This document shows, piece after piece, positions 37,736 through 51,175 of a stretch of DNA of 64,000 nt. Positions within the stretch are counted from its first letter, which is position 1. Every line of letters starts with the position of its first letter. A model generated the notes under the pieces. That model worked only from the letters and a program-made list of their open reading frames with translations, did no database searches and had not been told where the DNA came from. Source of the DNA: Hydrolagus colliei (taxonomy: Eukaryota); the NCBI GenBank assembly GCA_035084275.1, contig CM068751.1:5022001-5086000 (forward strand), written 5' to 3'. The position numbers and the translations under genes were made by a program.

Positions 37736-40566
37736 TGAAATGATCAAACACCTGCCAGGTTCATGTGCTTTGGGGATCGCAAAGAGATGAGGTTGACTCG
37801 ACAAAGGGTTACATTCTACAATTTGGCGTTCAACAAATCTTTATTTTTAAGTGCAATCAAAAGTCTCACTCTCTTAACCATCCCTCCCAAAAGACCTGCA
37901 AGAAAAAAATGATTGTCATTTTTTCCACCACAAGGCAGTTGAAACCAGCATTTGAAAATCTCAGCCATCAATCAGATAAGGAAAGCTTAAAATTTCCACC
38001 CAAATCAAACTGATCTGAACAATTAGAAAACGTTTCCACTTCAGCAGAGAGATTTAACGGATGATTTGCTGGAGGCAAAACAAATAGTCCAATTCACTTC
38101 TGTGAATCACAAACAGTAGACCACAGATATGAGGTTTGTGGAAAAGTGACAGAAATTTACCAGGGTGTTTCATCTCCCGATATATCCTGATGAAAGTCAG
38201 TAAACGTACCAGGGAAGGAGGACATGATTCTCAGGCATATGGAGGATACGTGGTTGGTACACTAGGAGAAACTACCTCTTGTTTTCAAACAGTAGAATGG
38301 GAGCTTCAATATTTAACTCATGTTTAGAGACGAGATCTCACTGCAGGGTATGTATGGAGGGGTAAACGTTACTGGCAATGACTGCTCTGCAGTCTCAGGC
38401 CATTCAAGCACTTTTGTTGCGACTCTGCTACCTTGCCCCTGGGAGGATAACATGAACTCATGCAGTTTGTAAAAAGAGGATTTCCAGTACTCAGTCACAT
38501 GCACTACCACTAAGCAGCACATTTTGATCAGGCATTTCACAGTCACGTGTACAAACACGAGTATCATAAAATTGCTCTTGAGCTCCTAATTACATGCAGG
38601 GGTCATGAAAACTTTGTATTATTATTAATCAGAACATTCTGCAACTGAAGTGAATAACTAAGCAGTTTTCACCAGAACATCTATTAATACTCCTTCCAAC
38701 CACAGTAAACAACAGCCCACATCCCACAGCTCATTATTATATTGTAGTGTATCATTTTCCATATTCCCAGAGTGATATCATTAGAAGTGTATTTCTTTAG
38801 CAATACTGAGATTACTCCAGATGTTGCATGAATTGAGCCATTCCTGTTGCAGGTTAAAAACACCACAACCAGGGAGGGAGGCAATTTGAGGGGATACAGA
38901 AGCAAATGGCAAGCAAACCATGCACACATCGTAATTTGCACAATTATTCCTGATGTTAAACCTAAGATTATTATTGCGGTGTCTTCTGAATGAACTCCAG
39001 TTTTTCTTGTGATGGATAATGAGGTCTACATGGGTGTTCAGCTGATGATATCTTAATAGACCATTCCCTGTTGCTCAGCTAATGATGTTTTAAAGGCTCC
39101 TGCTTCAATTTTGACGTGAGAGCACTGCCTGCAATTTTATAATAGCAAAGATTGCAAAGCATGTCAACTAATGCAAAAAAATTGGACCATTACCATAGTC
39201 AAAACTCGATTCCATTCTTTAATACAATATTTCTATTAATTTAGCACTGCACTGAATTTTGTCCACATGGATTAAACAGAACAATTACTAGTGTCCATTA
39301 TAAATATGTGCAGAGAAAAAGATACTGCAATAGCATTTTCTTATCTCCAAAAAACTAACCTTTTTTGCCTACTTGCTGAATTAAATATTTATGGGCAAAA
39401 ATGACAGCTTTGATAGCCCATGATGTTTTTGTGTAATTTAAATGCATATGTAAAATATGACCTCAGGGAAAACTGCTGAATATCCAACCTGATTATTACA
39501 TAACAATCCCTCTAGACAATAATACCACAATAATAATAAATGGGAAAATGTCTCTGTGACATTCACCAAGAGCCGTTTGACCGTGTTTGCGAATGATTGT
39601 AAGGAAGTGAGATTTTCTCATGATTTCCCACTAATCAATAATAATAAACAATCAGGTGATGAAATTATACACCTGTAAACAAACTCACACCAGCAAGTTT
39701 ATTGCTATGTGCCTCAACAGAATCAGCTCCTGTCTCGTGCAGTTATTACTATAATGTAGTAATTAGTAATAACTAATGTAGAGAAACTTTGAGAGAGTTC
39801 TGCATCTGAATTCATCTGATTGGAGGAACCTTTGAAGGGTTCTGGAGAATGTCTGGAGAATGTCTGAAAAAAAACAAGCATATCTAGTTTATATGCTTTA
39901 ACTGATATATTTTCATGGATTTAGCTTGCATTGTTACCTTGCTGGAAAGGGTAACAGGAGGTGAGAGATTAGGTTGTGATTGAGAACAGCTGAAAAACTT
40001 AGCAATATGCTGTATTTAGACAGCAGGAAGCTAACACTATGTTTTCAACAGCTCATTCTTCAGACAGAATTATATATTAACTAATAAAAGAAAATCTGCC
40101 CACACAATCCTACCCCAAATAACAACAGGCTTCAAACTAACAGTGGATTCTTGATATATAAACTTCTCACAGAATTGAAGTGACAACCATCTCATAATTT
40201 TTATCCTGTTATACTTACCTACTGTGTTGCAAGCCATTCACAACACTAAATTGTATGCATTGTGATACATGATCAGTGCAGGTAATGATAGAGCACCATA
40301 TTTCAGAGGAAGTTGAAACTAAGCCAGTGTTATATTTTCAACCCCCTTGTCAAGTAGCAGCTGCTTTCACAGTGGGAAATCTCAAGAGACGCATAGGTGT
40401 TAGATACAGTAATTCTAATAGTAACTGCACTAAGACAGAACACTGAAGTATGGACTACCGATTTCAACTTACCAGAAAGAAAGAATTTTTAATTTTATTG
40501 TGTCTTCTCATGTCTCAACACGCCTCACGAGTAACTGCTTGACTCACACATGTTGCGATTGTTTAG

Positions 40567-40816
40567 TAATAATAATAATTGTAAGCCTTGCATTTTGATA
40601 TAGTGCTTTTCACTTCTTCTAAACGTTTCAAAGCGCTTCACAGAATATACTATAAAGTGAATTAACTATATTTGAGGGCAAGGTGCGGCAGCCTATTGCG
40701 CACGGCACTCTCCCACAAACAGTTGTGGATTGAAGTGACCAATTTTTTTTAGGGATTATTATCAGGCATGTGGAGTAAGGAAACTTGCCCACGGTTTCGC
40801 CCTACCTAGAATCGAA
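40567..40816 (-). mobile_element. Young SINE, 5'-truncated at the B box
   Basis: Reverse complement of the SINE tail and body up to aatcgaa. Confidence 0.88.
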
Positions 40817-42936
40817 GCCATATTCACGCAAATATTAGTACAAATTCCACCGACTTGCATATAAAAATATGATCTATGCAACTGGTAACTGTGAAATTAG
40901 TATATCTGGGAAGCATTGATACACTGATGTTTTATATTGGTCACGTATTTGTCAATGATAAGGCGTCTGTGCTTTTTTCATTTTTTTGAGAATGCCACCT
41001 ATAAGTTACAACAGGAGAGAGGAGAAGTCGTGAAAACGTTTTTTTTTCAACAGAACAAATTAAATTCTCCCCATACAAGTGCTCCTTTAATAAGCTTGAA
41101 ACAAGATATGTTAAGTGGAAAATGACTAATCTGACTCCCTAACACTTCAAAGATGGAGTTTGGAGTATGTGTGTTTTGGGGAGAGGGGGAAGGAAGAGAA
41201 GGATCTCTTCAGACAGTTTGTCTCTATTAGATATCACAATTAATATATTTATACCCTAACCCAATGAAGTAATACAAGAATCTTCATGATACTTACTGCT
41301 ACTGTTGCTTTCCTACATTGTGCAATCACTAAATATATAGTATTGCAGTATCAGGTTCAAGGATTATTATAGCACTACAGTATCAAACACTACAGTATGT
41401 GTTCTCAAGAGCCACATTGCTTTTATTTAGACATCTCTCACCTGATGATTTTGTGTGCTTCCCGTTCCTCCTCTAATGAGGACAAATTGGTCCCTTCATG
41501 ATAGTGCTCTCCAATGTAACACACTTGTTACTCCCCCCCAATTGAGGTAGATCAGCTCCCTTCACTCGAGCACATTCTGAAGCAGCTTTGCTCCAAGTAG
41601 GAATCCTGTGTGAAAAGGTGCAATAAAATTGCACGTTGTTGTTGCTTATGCAATATAGAAATTACAGTAAACACCTCCCCACATCATTCTTCCAGCTAAA
41701 TGTACTTTCTTTGAGATTGTGGACTGAGATAAATGAACATGCTTAAATTCATTATCGTCATTATGCATGACAAATGAACACTGTTTCCACATTCCCTGAG
41801 CTCTTCCCATGTGTCTTCTCCCTGCACTGTTGTGTGAATGCAATTTAGCCAATTTACAATGGGAATGATGCGGAGCAGACACTGGAAATTACTGTAGATT
41901 GCCAGTGATTATAATCTCTCATAGAGTGTGTTTTGTGACTAGTGAGCTGCCTTATCTTGCCCTGTCATCCCAAAATGACTGAACTATGTAGAACAAACCT
42001 AAGGCTTTCCTCTACCTGAACACACAAGGTTTAAGATCATCACTGTGGTGGATCACTTATTGCCGTTGACTCGGTTGTTGCTTCCTTGTATTTTGTTTGA
42101 CACATTATTTTTAAAACACCAATTAATTTTCAGCCAATTCATGTCTGATCAGCCGATTTTGATTCTCCCTTTCTGCCCATTATCACTTTTGCTCACAACA
42201 TTTTCATGCACATTTGGGTTTTATTGCCCTTTTTCATGTCATTTCAACTGAACAGCACATCAGGAGACACAAGAAGGTGCTTTAGTGGAAATTTTTCAAA
42301 CCGTTAATTTCGCTTATTACTCTGAATTTCCCATTTAATTGATTTGAGAGCTTTGGACAAAGTTTGTGAATAAACACAACATATAAATGAAAAGCAGTGA
42401 CTTTCAGCCGCCAAAATTAAAATAATATGATTGATCATGAAGAGAAGCTGGCGGTGTATTCCATTTGTGTTGCTGGCAATATTTTCCTTTGTCTCTTGGG
42501 TGAGCTATGCCTTTTGCTGTTCAGTTTTCCTAAACATTTAATGGAATCAAAACCTTTTTGATAGTGAACATGATGAAACCTAGAATTTTTTTTACCAAGG
42601 AAATCTTATTCACACTTAAATAAGGATTATCAGATGTCTTTTATAATAATTGGGAGATGGTCACGTCTATGGAAAGCATCTCTGTGCACACCAGCTGCAT
42701 CTCCATGCAATATTCCACTTCATTGTTCGCAATTAATGATTGGATTTAAAGTTAGTACTGATGTTTCAAAAGGATTCGAACTCAACCAAAGATGATTTTT
42801 TATTTGACCACCTTGCATATCCTTAATTACCTCTTCCCCTTTTGAAATCACTGCACTAATTAAAAGCGGCTGTAAAAGGGGAAAACGTTGAAAATCATCC
42901 ATCATGTCTTGTAGTCAGAGATTTAAAAGATCTCTA

Positions 42937-43019
42937 GAGTCCTGTAGCTCAGTGGTTAGGGCACTCGCCTCGCAAGTGAGAGACCTGGGTTCTATACCCA
43001 GCAGGGCAAAATGTTGGGC
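42937..43019 (+). mobile_element. SINE tRNA-like head only
   Basis: gagtcctgtagctcagtggttagggcactcgcctcgcaagtgagagacctgggttc; no body follows. Confidence 0.75.
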
Positions 43020-44222
43020 CAAAATGAGGAGAGTAGTTATGTTGTCAATTGATCATCCAAATTTCCTGCAAAGCATCTCAACTTTATGAAATAATTAGAT
43101 CAGCTTTAGTTCAACAGCAATGCTTCTCCTGCCGGTGAATTACTGTGAATGGTTTAATTAGTCTAACATGAAGAGGCAGCTACTGTTATATTCTTGCCCA
43201 AGTTAGCCACATTGCAATTTTTGTTTAGATAACTCCTATGGAGATTATAGAATTTAGTTTTTAACTAAATATGTTGCAAGAGTTCAATATCTGGCACAGG
43301 ATCTGATCATGTGAAATTCATAGCAAAAAAAAAGTTTGACATTTGACCTCTGTTGGATGGTCTAATTCTGCTATCCGACTTGCTCTGACTGGATCATGTG
43401 CTGATTCATTTTAGCGTTAAGTGCTGGGAATGAGATCCAATATAGAATATGGTGTCACATTTCATTTTGTAGATAAAATAACGTGGATCTGGCAGGCTTC
43501 TCTTGTTTAGAGCTTAATGGACTATCATATTGTTTTACAGAAAGCTGAAATAATTCAATAATACGTGTTCAATGTCACCGTAGTTTTCAAATCAAAACCT
43601 TTTATGCTTCCTTTTTTCCCCTTGTTTTACTTCAGTAGCCTTTTTATCCCTGGACAAATCCCGCTAATTTGCCTCCAAAATATCTTGATCGCCAGACAAA
43701 ACGCAGGCAAAGGGAAATCAGTGACACACTTTAAAGCACAGGAGGTTAAATAAAATGAGAAATGTACAAAGCATTTCCATTTAAACATGAGAATGGAACA
43801 AACAAATTCTCCGATCTGTCGATGGTTGCTGGTAATCTCTTGTATACAGGCCAGTGCTAGAGTGACATGGAGATTGGTGGCCGGTAGAAATGGGGTGGGG
43901 GAGGATATAAATCAAAATCAGCTGCTTCAATTACTTTGAGTTCAGAACCGTTACATTTATACCATTTCAGTGAGCTAATGTTTATTCCAGATTGGACACT
44001 TGGGAGTGTAATTCAAATACCCTTAATCGAGTTCTTGTTGTGAATCCCTTTGCTCATTCTTCAAACTCCAGAGAAAGCTTAGAATGCAAAAAATCAGTGT
44101 GCTGACCATATTGGTATCAGGCCATGTCAGGGAGAATTATTCAATCAAATCACAGGCATTATTTGTCCTTAACCTCCTGGGTGATATGTTGACTTGCTGG
44201 TTAGTGCCTGTGGTTTGCAGAG

Positions 44223-44480
44223 TAATCCTTGCATCTTCATGATAGTGTTTTTCTTATCCTCTAGACGTTTCAAAGCGTTTCACAGAGTATACTGTAAAGT
44301 GAATTACTTTACAGGACTGCATATATAATAATAATGCTCCATAACAATATTCAATAATTATATACAGTACAGTAATACATATACACTAATATATAACAGT
44401 AATGCTTGCATTTGATATAAGACCTTTCACTTTGGTTGGGAGAAAGTCTCAAGGCGCTTCACAATACTTACTGTGAAGCC
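44223..44480 (-). mobile_element. Two SINE/L2-type tail fragments (44223-44312, 44398-44480)
   Basis: taatccttgcat...ctagacgtttcaaagcgtttcacagagtatactgtaaagtgaatt and tgcttgcatttgatat...tctcaaggcgcttcac. Confidence 0.7.
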
Positions 44481-45349
44481 ATTGTGTATTTTCAATGCTG
44501 GCAAATTGGAGGGTGTTGGAGGGTGAGATACAGACTAGAGACCATAGAGAAGGAGGGGAAAAAATGAGCTAAAAATGTTTTCAATTGAAATTGAATACGA
44601 ACTTACATATTTAATAGTTTTGAGCCTTCAGCTGATGCGTGGCAACAACCATTTGTGACACTGCACCTCCTGACCCACCTGCTTATAAGCTCCCTTCATA
44701 GCAGCACTGAGATTCCCACTGAAGCCAAGAAAGTACTGATCAAGAACTAAATTATCAGGCTGCTTCCACAGTCATGCACTTCTTATTATTGATTTCCATT
44801 TCTTTTTGGAAAGGCTTTGTTTACACATTAATAATACATGCTTGAGGTTTCGTAATTATATAAATACTTAATTAGATGTGTAATTAAGAAACCCCAAGCG
44901 ATTATTATTTATGTATGCAAAGCCTTTTTAAAACTGAAATCAATGATTAAAATAACATATTGCAAACCTACATATATATGTACATTAAGTAGCTGGAAAG
45001 GTGAGCAGCATTCACCAAAATATTGCCTTTCGATTCACCGAACACTTCACGGAAAGAACCAATATCCTCAAATGGCATCTGATGATATGTGAGACATTAT
45101 TCTAAACTGAAAGATGTTAATTTCAAAACCTAACAACATCATGCAAGAAAATAGTTCTATGTATTTTTTTCACACTCATTTGCCAAATGTATATGCTCAC
45201 CAAAATGAGACCTGTCGCTATAGGCTCGGTGCAATAAGTCTGGTGAACAATTTGAACATGGTCTCATGCTGGAGATTATTCTTATCCAAGAGAGCAGCCA
45301 GGTGATCTGCCTGAACAACTGCATTGCTAGCTGTGCCAGAATAGCTTAG

Positions 45350-45489
45350 AAGTTGGGGAGGACAAGTTTGCAGGGCTGTGGGGAGAGCGCGGGGGAGTGG
45401 GATTGATTTGGATTGCTCTTTTCAAACAGCCGGCGCAGACACGATGGGCTGAATGGCCTCCTTCTGTGCTGTATAATTTTATGATTCTA
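45350..45489 (+). mobile_element. CR1 3' end
   Basis: gatgggctgaatggcctccttctgtgctgtataattttatgattcta is a typical CR1 terminus with the ATTCTRTG-type octamer. Confidence 0.85.
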
Positions 45490-48400
45490 CGAGAAGTGAT
45501 TCGACTTGTATTTTTTTCCCTTAATCCCTGTTGGGACATGTCTGGCATATGCTCAGCCACGTTCACACAACATTGGTGAGACCACTGACCCATTGTGGGC
45601 ATAAAGCGATCCATTGCCCAACACATTGCCCAACAAAGTCCAGAGTCTCCCCATAGCTCCTGCTTGAATACAAGAAGAATTAAATTGTGTTTGTATGACT
45701 AGTATCTGAACCAGGCTCCCACAGAAGCCACCATGGTTTATGTAATCAGGCAGATTTCATTTCTGCAAATATATGCATTTGCTCTATCACAATGTTTAGC
45801 AACCAGCATGTACCTGTGCCAGTTAATGGAACCTCAATGGATTTGAACAGAATGCTTTGACACATTTGAATAGGAGCAAAAACTGCTAAATATTGATATT
45901 TGTTTTAATCTTCATTGAACAATTTTAGGTTATCAGCTGAATTCCCTCCCCCCCTCCCCATCAATTATACTTGCTTTTACACCCTATTTCTATTGTCCAG
46001 TTGGGATTTACACCTTTACTTCTGAACAATCAGTTAGTGGGTCTGTTTTCATCCTCCTGCCACCAGGAGGCCATAAACGCTGTCCAAGCGTAATTCTTGC
46101 CTTTTATTGTGCTTTATATCTAGAAAGCGATGCTTTCTAAGGAATAAAGAACTGACCAGAGTGGGTACTAGACAAGCGACAGTCCTACATATGTCCTGGG
46201 ACTTATAATATATAGGATCTATATGGATTTTAATATCGAAGTCGACTTTCGAATCCTTATAATCTTCCATTTTCAACTCATTGGGAATGTTTGATCTGCA
46301 CAGAGTTTTATAGCTTCCTTCAAAAGCTGCCTTGGCATACACAGCATGTGGGTGTGGTCTCTTTGGCACAGTTCTGTCAGAATGCAGATTTATGCAGATT
46401 TATGGGGCGTAAGACACAGATGGTGTTTTGTTGAAACGAGCAGGGCAGGCCAGCAAAAGTAAATTGAACAGTCTCTACAAAGTTTATGAATAGTGTGGTT
46501 TGAGTTTGCATCCACGTATTCGTAAATGTGTGTTTTCAAGTAAATTTCATTTTTCGCAGATCTGAAGAGAAGGAATATCTCAGTTCAGTTGGAAAGGTTA
46601 ATTGGGATTTCCATTACACTTATTAGAATTTGTTGTAATAAAATTAAAATGTTTGTTCTGCGGGTCACTCGCGAGCACTTAGTGTAATATGAAATGTATT
46701 TGCATATTCCTGATTACCATCGCAGTTGGCTTAATGAAAGCAATCTATCCCCGTCACCAGCAATCAATTGTTTGCCGAGATCTGGCAGGAGTCAGTCTGA
46801 TTTGGTAACAAGGAAAGTATATCGAACAAAGAATGATGTGTGGGGCTATAATGGAATCATAGGAACATTCAGGAAACGTTGTGGACCTCTGTTGTTTTTC
46901 CCCTTGCAGAATTCTCCATTGACTTTTTCCTCTTTAATTACAGCTCCTTTGGCACTTCCTTTCGATTTACTTGAATTTATTCTAAATCGGCAGCTCAATA
47001 TCACAGAGGGAAGCATTCTGTATTGAGTGCAAGTCTGGGCTGCCAGGGATTCATCTTGGAATTTTCCTGTTCTGTGTGGCTTGATTTCACATTGCTGGGT
47101 AGATTTTACAAACTGAGTCTGAAAGGAACCATCAAGAAATGTATAAGGTATTAAAGCAATAAATGGTACAAATTGATCCACAGCATGAGAATATTAATGA
47201 AGGCAATTTTTTTTTCTTTAAACAAAACTGCCTTGCAATTGGATTCATAAATAGTTGGAGAATATAACCCAAACTCCATTTTGCAGCCAAATCGCATCTT
47301 GACAAATGAGTTCCTGGCATTTAGTGCTGATTTTCTTTTGTCAGGAAGGTAACATTGTAAATAAGATGTTCATATTAATTTGAATAAATTAATAATGCGC
47401 CATAAAATATGTCCTGATAGGTTACCATTCCTTATGCAAAAAATTGATTTATCCCCAACTAATTCCAGGAACTAAACTAGACTGACCTCATTTCTACTGG
47501 AGCGACCTACAGCTCTGTGTTTTGTTATTAATTTTCAGTGCATTACAGGTCCTCTGTGTTGTATTGAACATTGAAGGAAATTAGAATGAAACGGCCAGCT
47601 AGGTGACTCATTCACTCCTGAAGACATTGCTCTTATAAAATGGCATGAAGCCCATTCTAAGACTTTGTGTAATACTCATTTCATTTCCTTCATTTTTCTT
47701 AATGATGGCACTCTTGGTCGATATGATTTATTTCTGGTTGTCATGATAGATTTCACGCCTTGACTTATTGTTCATATTTGTCATGAGGCAAGGACATGCA
47801 GGGAGAGCAGGCAGGGGTGAAGGTGTGTGAAATAACAATAACTTTAACTCAACCTGCTTCCACCCACCACCCCCCACCCACCCCCAACATACATTTGAAG
47901 CAGGGAAGTCAAACCCAAATTTTAGTCATTACAGTGAAGTAGGTAAATTTGTATTAGCAAATGACATTGTCCAGAAAGAAATGGAAGATACAAAAGGCAG
48001 TTTGAAATGTACATATCACAAGGTAAGGAACATGCTATCAAAGGGAAGGACCTCATACCACTCCAGAGTTGAATAAATCCCATTTTCCACCAAGATACTC
48101 TGCCCTTTCAATAATGCTTAGGAAACATAGAATGGAATAATTGAGCCTTTGGTTAGTTCATTGGATGGTGACTCTTGGGTCGTTGCAATATTTATAACAA
48201 GAGTTAAAACTCCGTTCAGTAATCATAGGTGTGTCATACCAACCTGCAGTGTACCTCTCCAATGCAAATCTACCTGGTTCTCACGGATCAACGGGGATCA
48301 TTCAGGTATCAGCAGAAGTCATCTTTTGCCCGGGATTAGTTGTTTGTGACTCATAATGTGAATCCCCTGGTTTCACTCCCATTGTTACGCCTTAGTGCAA

Positions 48401-50607
48401 TGGACTTGAGCATGACAGAAATTCATTTTATAGCCACCCTCTCTCCACCCCACTCAGCCGGTCGTTTCAATCCTTTCCATCAACACAAACAGTGAGTGGG
48501 AACTATAACTACAGTGTGAAAAGAAGCCAGCGATTCAATGTCATTTCTTTTCTTTGCTCAATCAAGCTCTGGTGTGCCATCTGGTCTCAGAGCCTCGATT
48601 GAAACTTATGCCGGCCGTCCTCAAATTCCAGGCTGTGAATGGTATCTCTCCAATGCTGCTCTCGGTGTTTCTTGCACAAACATGTGCTCATTATGCCTGC
48701 ATCATGGATAAAGATGCTGCCTGTGTCAGTATGATGTGTTCGTGTATCAGACAGCTTGAATATTCATGCAGGTAGAGATTGAAAGGCTCCTGGGATGCAG
48801 GTGTCAGCTTGCATTCTCCTTAAAGTTTTTAACTGTACCGCTGTGGAAAGGTATATGGCACCAAACCAACCGCTGGGGTAAATACATTATATAACAAAAA
48901 CAGTTTGGAGCATGGAATACACTAATTTACTGTAGCAAAAGATCGACACAAAGTCAGAAACAGCATCCGCCAGCGTAAACTGTATGAGAGCAAGGAGCTG
49001 GATTTTTGTCAATAAATTCCCATCTTTTAGAATGGCGCAGGACAGGGGCCTTTTATTACACAAAGGGGAGAGTAATCATGATTTGCGAGTTGAATATTTT
49101 TGGTATTCCATTTTAAGATGTGCCTCTTATAAGCTATCTAACTATTGATTTTCTGCAGAGATGTGTATTGGAGAATCAGCAGCTCTGGTCACAATTTTTA
49201 CAAAAGCCCCTTTCGAGAAAATCACGCAGGCTCGATTTTCATTGACTTCACCTGTCGCAATCCCTCTGAGCTATTTCTGCAAGCAATCAAACTATTGATG
49301 TCCCATTAGTTTCTTTCCAAAGTCATTTTGCACGGGAGCTAGATTGCATTGTGCAGCTTATCACTGGCTGATAGATGCCACAGCAGTGCCGCACACACAG
49401 AAGGTAGAAAATTGTGAATTTCTAAATTCTTAGAAATGTCACAATGAAAGACCACGTTTATTCAGTTGCTAAACTTAGTGGGGGGGGGGTTAATGGAGCT
49501 GCCCCTTCTGTGGAATATAAACAGGAAATCATATTTACATGGTTAGTGTTGAGATAAAAATAAAGTGTGAATGTCATTGTTATGAAGGGGAACAATGAAA
49601 AATACAAATGTTTGGTCTTGATTGGATAGATATTCAAATGGCACAGCAAGTTGGAACGAACACTGTTCCTTTTTTCAGCTTGGGGAAGAAGCAGTATGTC
49701 CCATCTTGTTATTTCCTTCTTATCAAGTGCAGTATCTTTCTCTGTCTTTCTCTCTCTCTCGCACCCACACACACAAGTGTTATTTGGCTGTCTGAGGTTG
49801 GTTAGTCCCCTGTGCCAAATCAGTTCTCCTCATTTTCAGCATCAATGGTGTATTGCTTCAGAATAATACCAGTGTGATGTATCTGGTTTGCATCAGTGTA
49901 AGTATGATCATAGGGTAAAGCCATGATCTGACTTGAACGCACTACCTATAGCTACTGCAATTCACGTTGAAGACCATGCACAACAAGGATGACAACTTCA
50001 GCGAGGATCTAGAAGGAATCTTTTAGATTGTGGGGAATAAAAACATAGCCCATTTATAGCAGGCTAGGAATACTGGTTCAGCTCCGTTACACGCAGAACA
50101 TTGTTGAGCATATGGCCTAATTCCAATATCTCTGACATCTGCTGTACGCATGAAGCCAGAAAACTTGATGACTGAAGTCTGTGACAAACAGACTCTGCAG
50201 ATTAGTTCTGTGACCGGTTCCAATTGTTTGTTGACACCATTTTAAATGCAAAGCCATTGCTTTGTCAGAACATTTTAAAAACTACCCCCACGTAATTTAA
50301 AACTCTCCTCTCACTTAAAAAAAATCAATGAACTAGTCGGAATCAAACATTTTGCTGCAAAATGACTCTGTGTAAATAGAGTTATTTGACAGAATTTATC
50401 ATGTAAATTCTTTAGCATGTAGTGTTCCATCAGTAAATGATACAATTGAGGGTTATCTTGCCTAGTTTCATGTCTTTATCTTGCTGCTACATTGATCTAG
50501 TTCATCTCCCAGTAAGTGGGGGCAATCAGAAAGTCTTTAAAACAGGTGATAACAGCTTTAATACCCCATCCATATACAGTAGATCACAATCACTGCATTA
50601 TTTCATA

Positions 50608-51175
50608 AAGGTGTCAGCCTGACTCAGTTGGCAGCATTTGCACCTCTGAATTAATAACAATAATAATAATCCTTGGATTTGACATAGCGCTTTTCACATC
50701 TTATCGATGTCTCAAAGCGCTTCACAGAATATACTGTAAAGTGAATTGACTGTACATTTGTGGGTGAAACGTGCCAGCCAACTAGCTCACAGCAGTGTCC
50801 CACAAACAGTCGTGGATTGAAATGACCAATTTTATTACCGTGGTTTTTTTTGGAGGCATTATTATTAGGCGTGTGGAGTAAGGAAACTTGCCCAAGGTTT
50901 TGCCCTGATCTGCCTGGATTCGAACACAGGTCTCATGCTTGTAAGGCAAGTGCTCTAACCACTAAACTACAGGAATTATGAAGGTTGTTAGTTCAAATCC
51001 CATATCGGGACTTCGAACATCCTAGTCTAGACTGATACTTCAGTTCACTGTTGAGGGAGTGCTGGGATGGAATCCTTCTGATGAGACATTAACCGAGATT
51101 CTGCCCGTCTGTTCAGTAACCATTATACTGTATTTCACATTTGACTATTGAAAAAGAAATGGGAGTTTCTCCTTG
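50608..51175 (+). mobile_element. Old DeuSINE (SacSINE1-like) split by a young SINE
   Basis: gtcagcctgactcagttggcagca...cctctgaatta [insert] tgaaggttgttagttcaaatccc...gagggagtgctg...gatgagacattaaccgag. Confidence 0.7.
50654..50972 (-). mobile_element. Young tRNA-derived SINE, essentially full length, 6-bp TSD
   Basis: Reverse complement of 2451-2777; gaatta at 50648-50653 and 50973-50978. Confidence 0.92.

Noticed and set aside
46058-46090. CTCF-like ccaccaggaggc and REST half-site gctgtcc
   Set aside because: Imperfect or half matches expected by chance in 64 kb.
46049-46369. 106-aa minus-strand ORF
   Set aside because: GTG start, no recognisable domain and no convincing splice signals.
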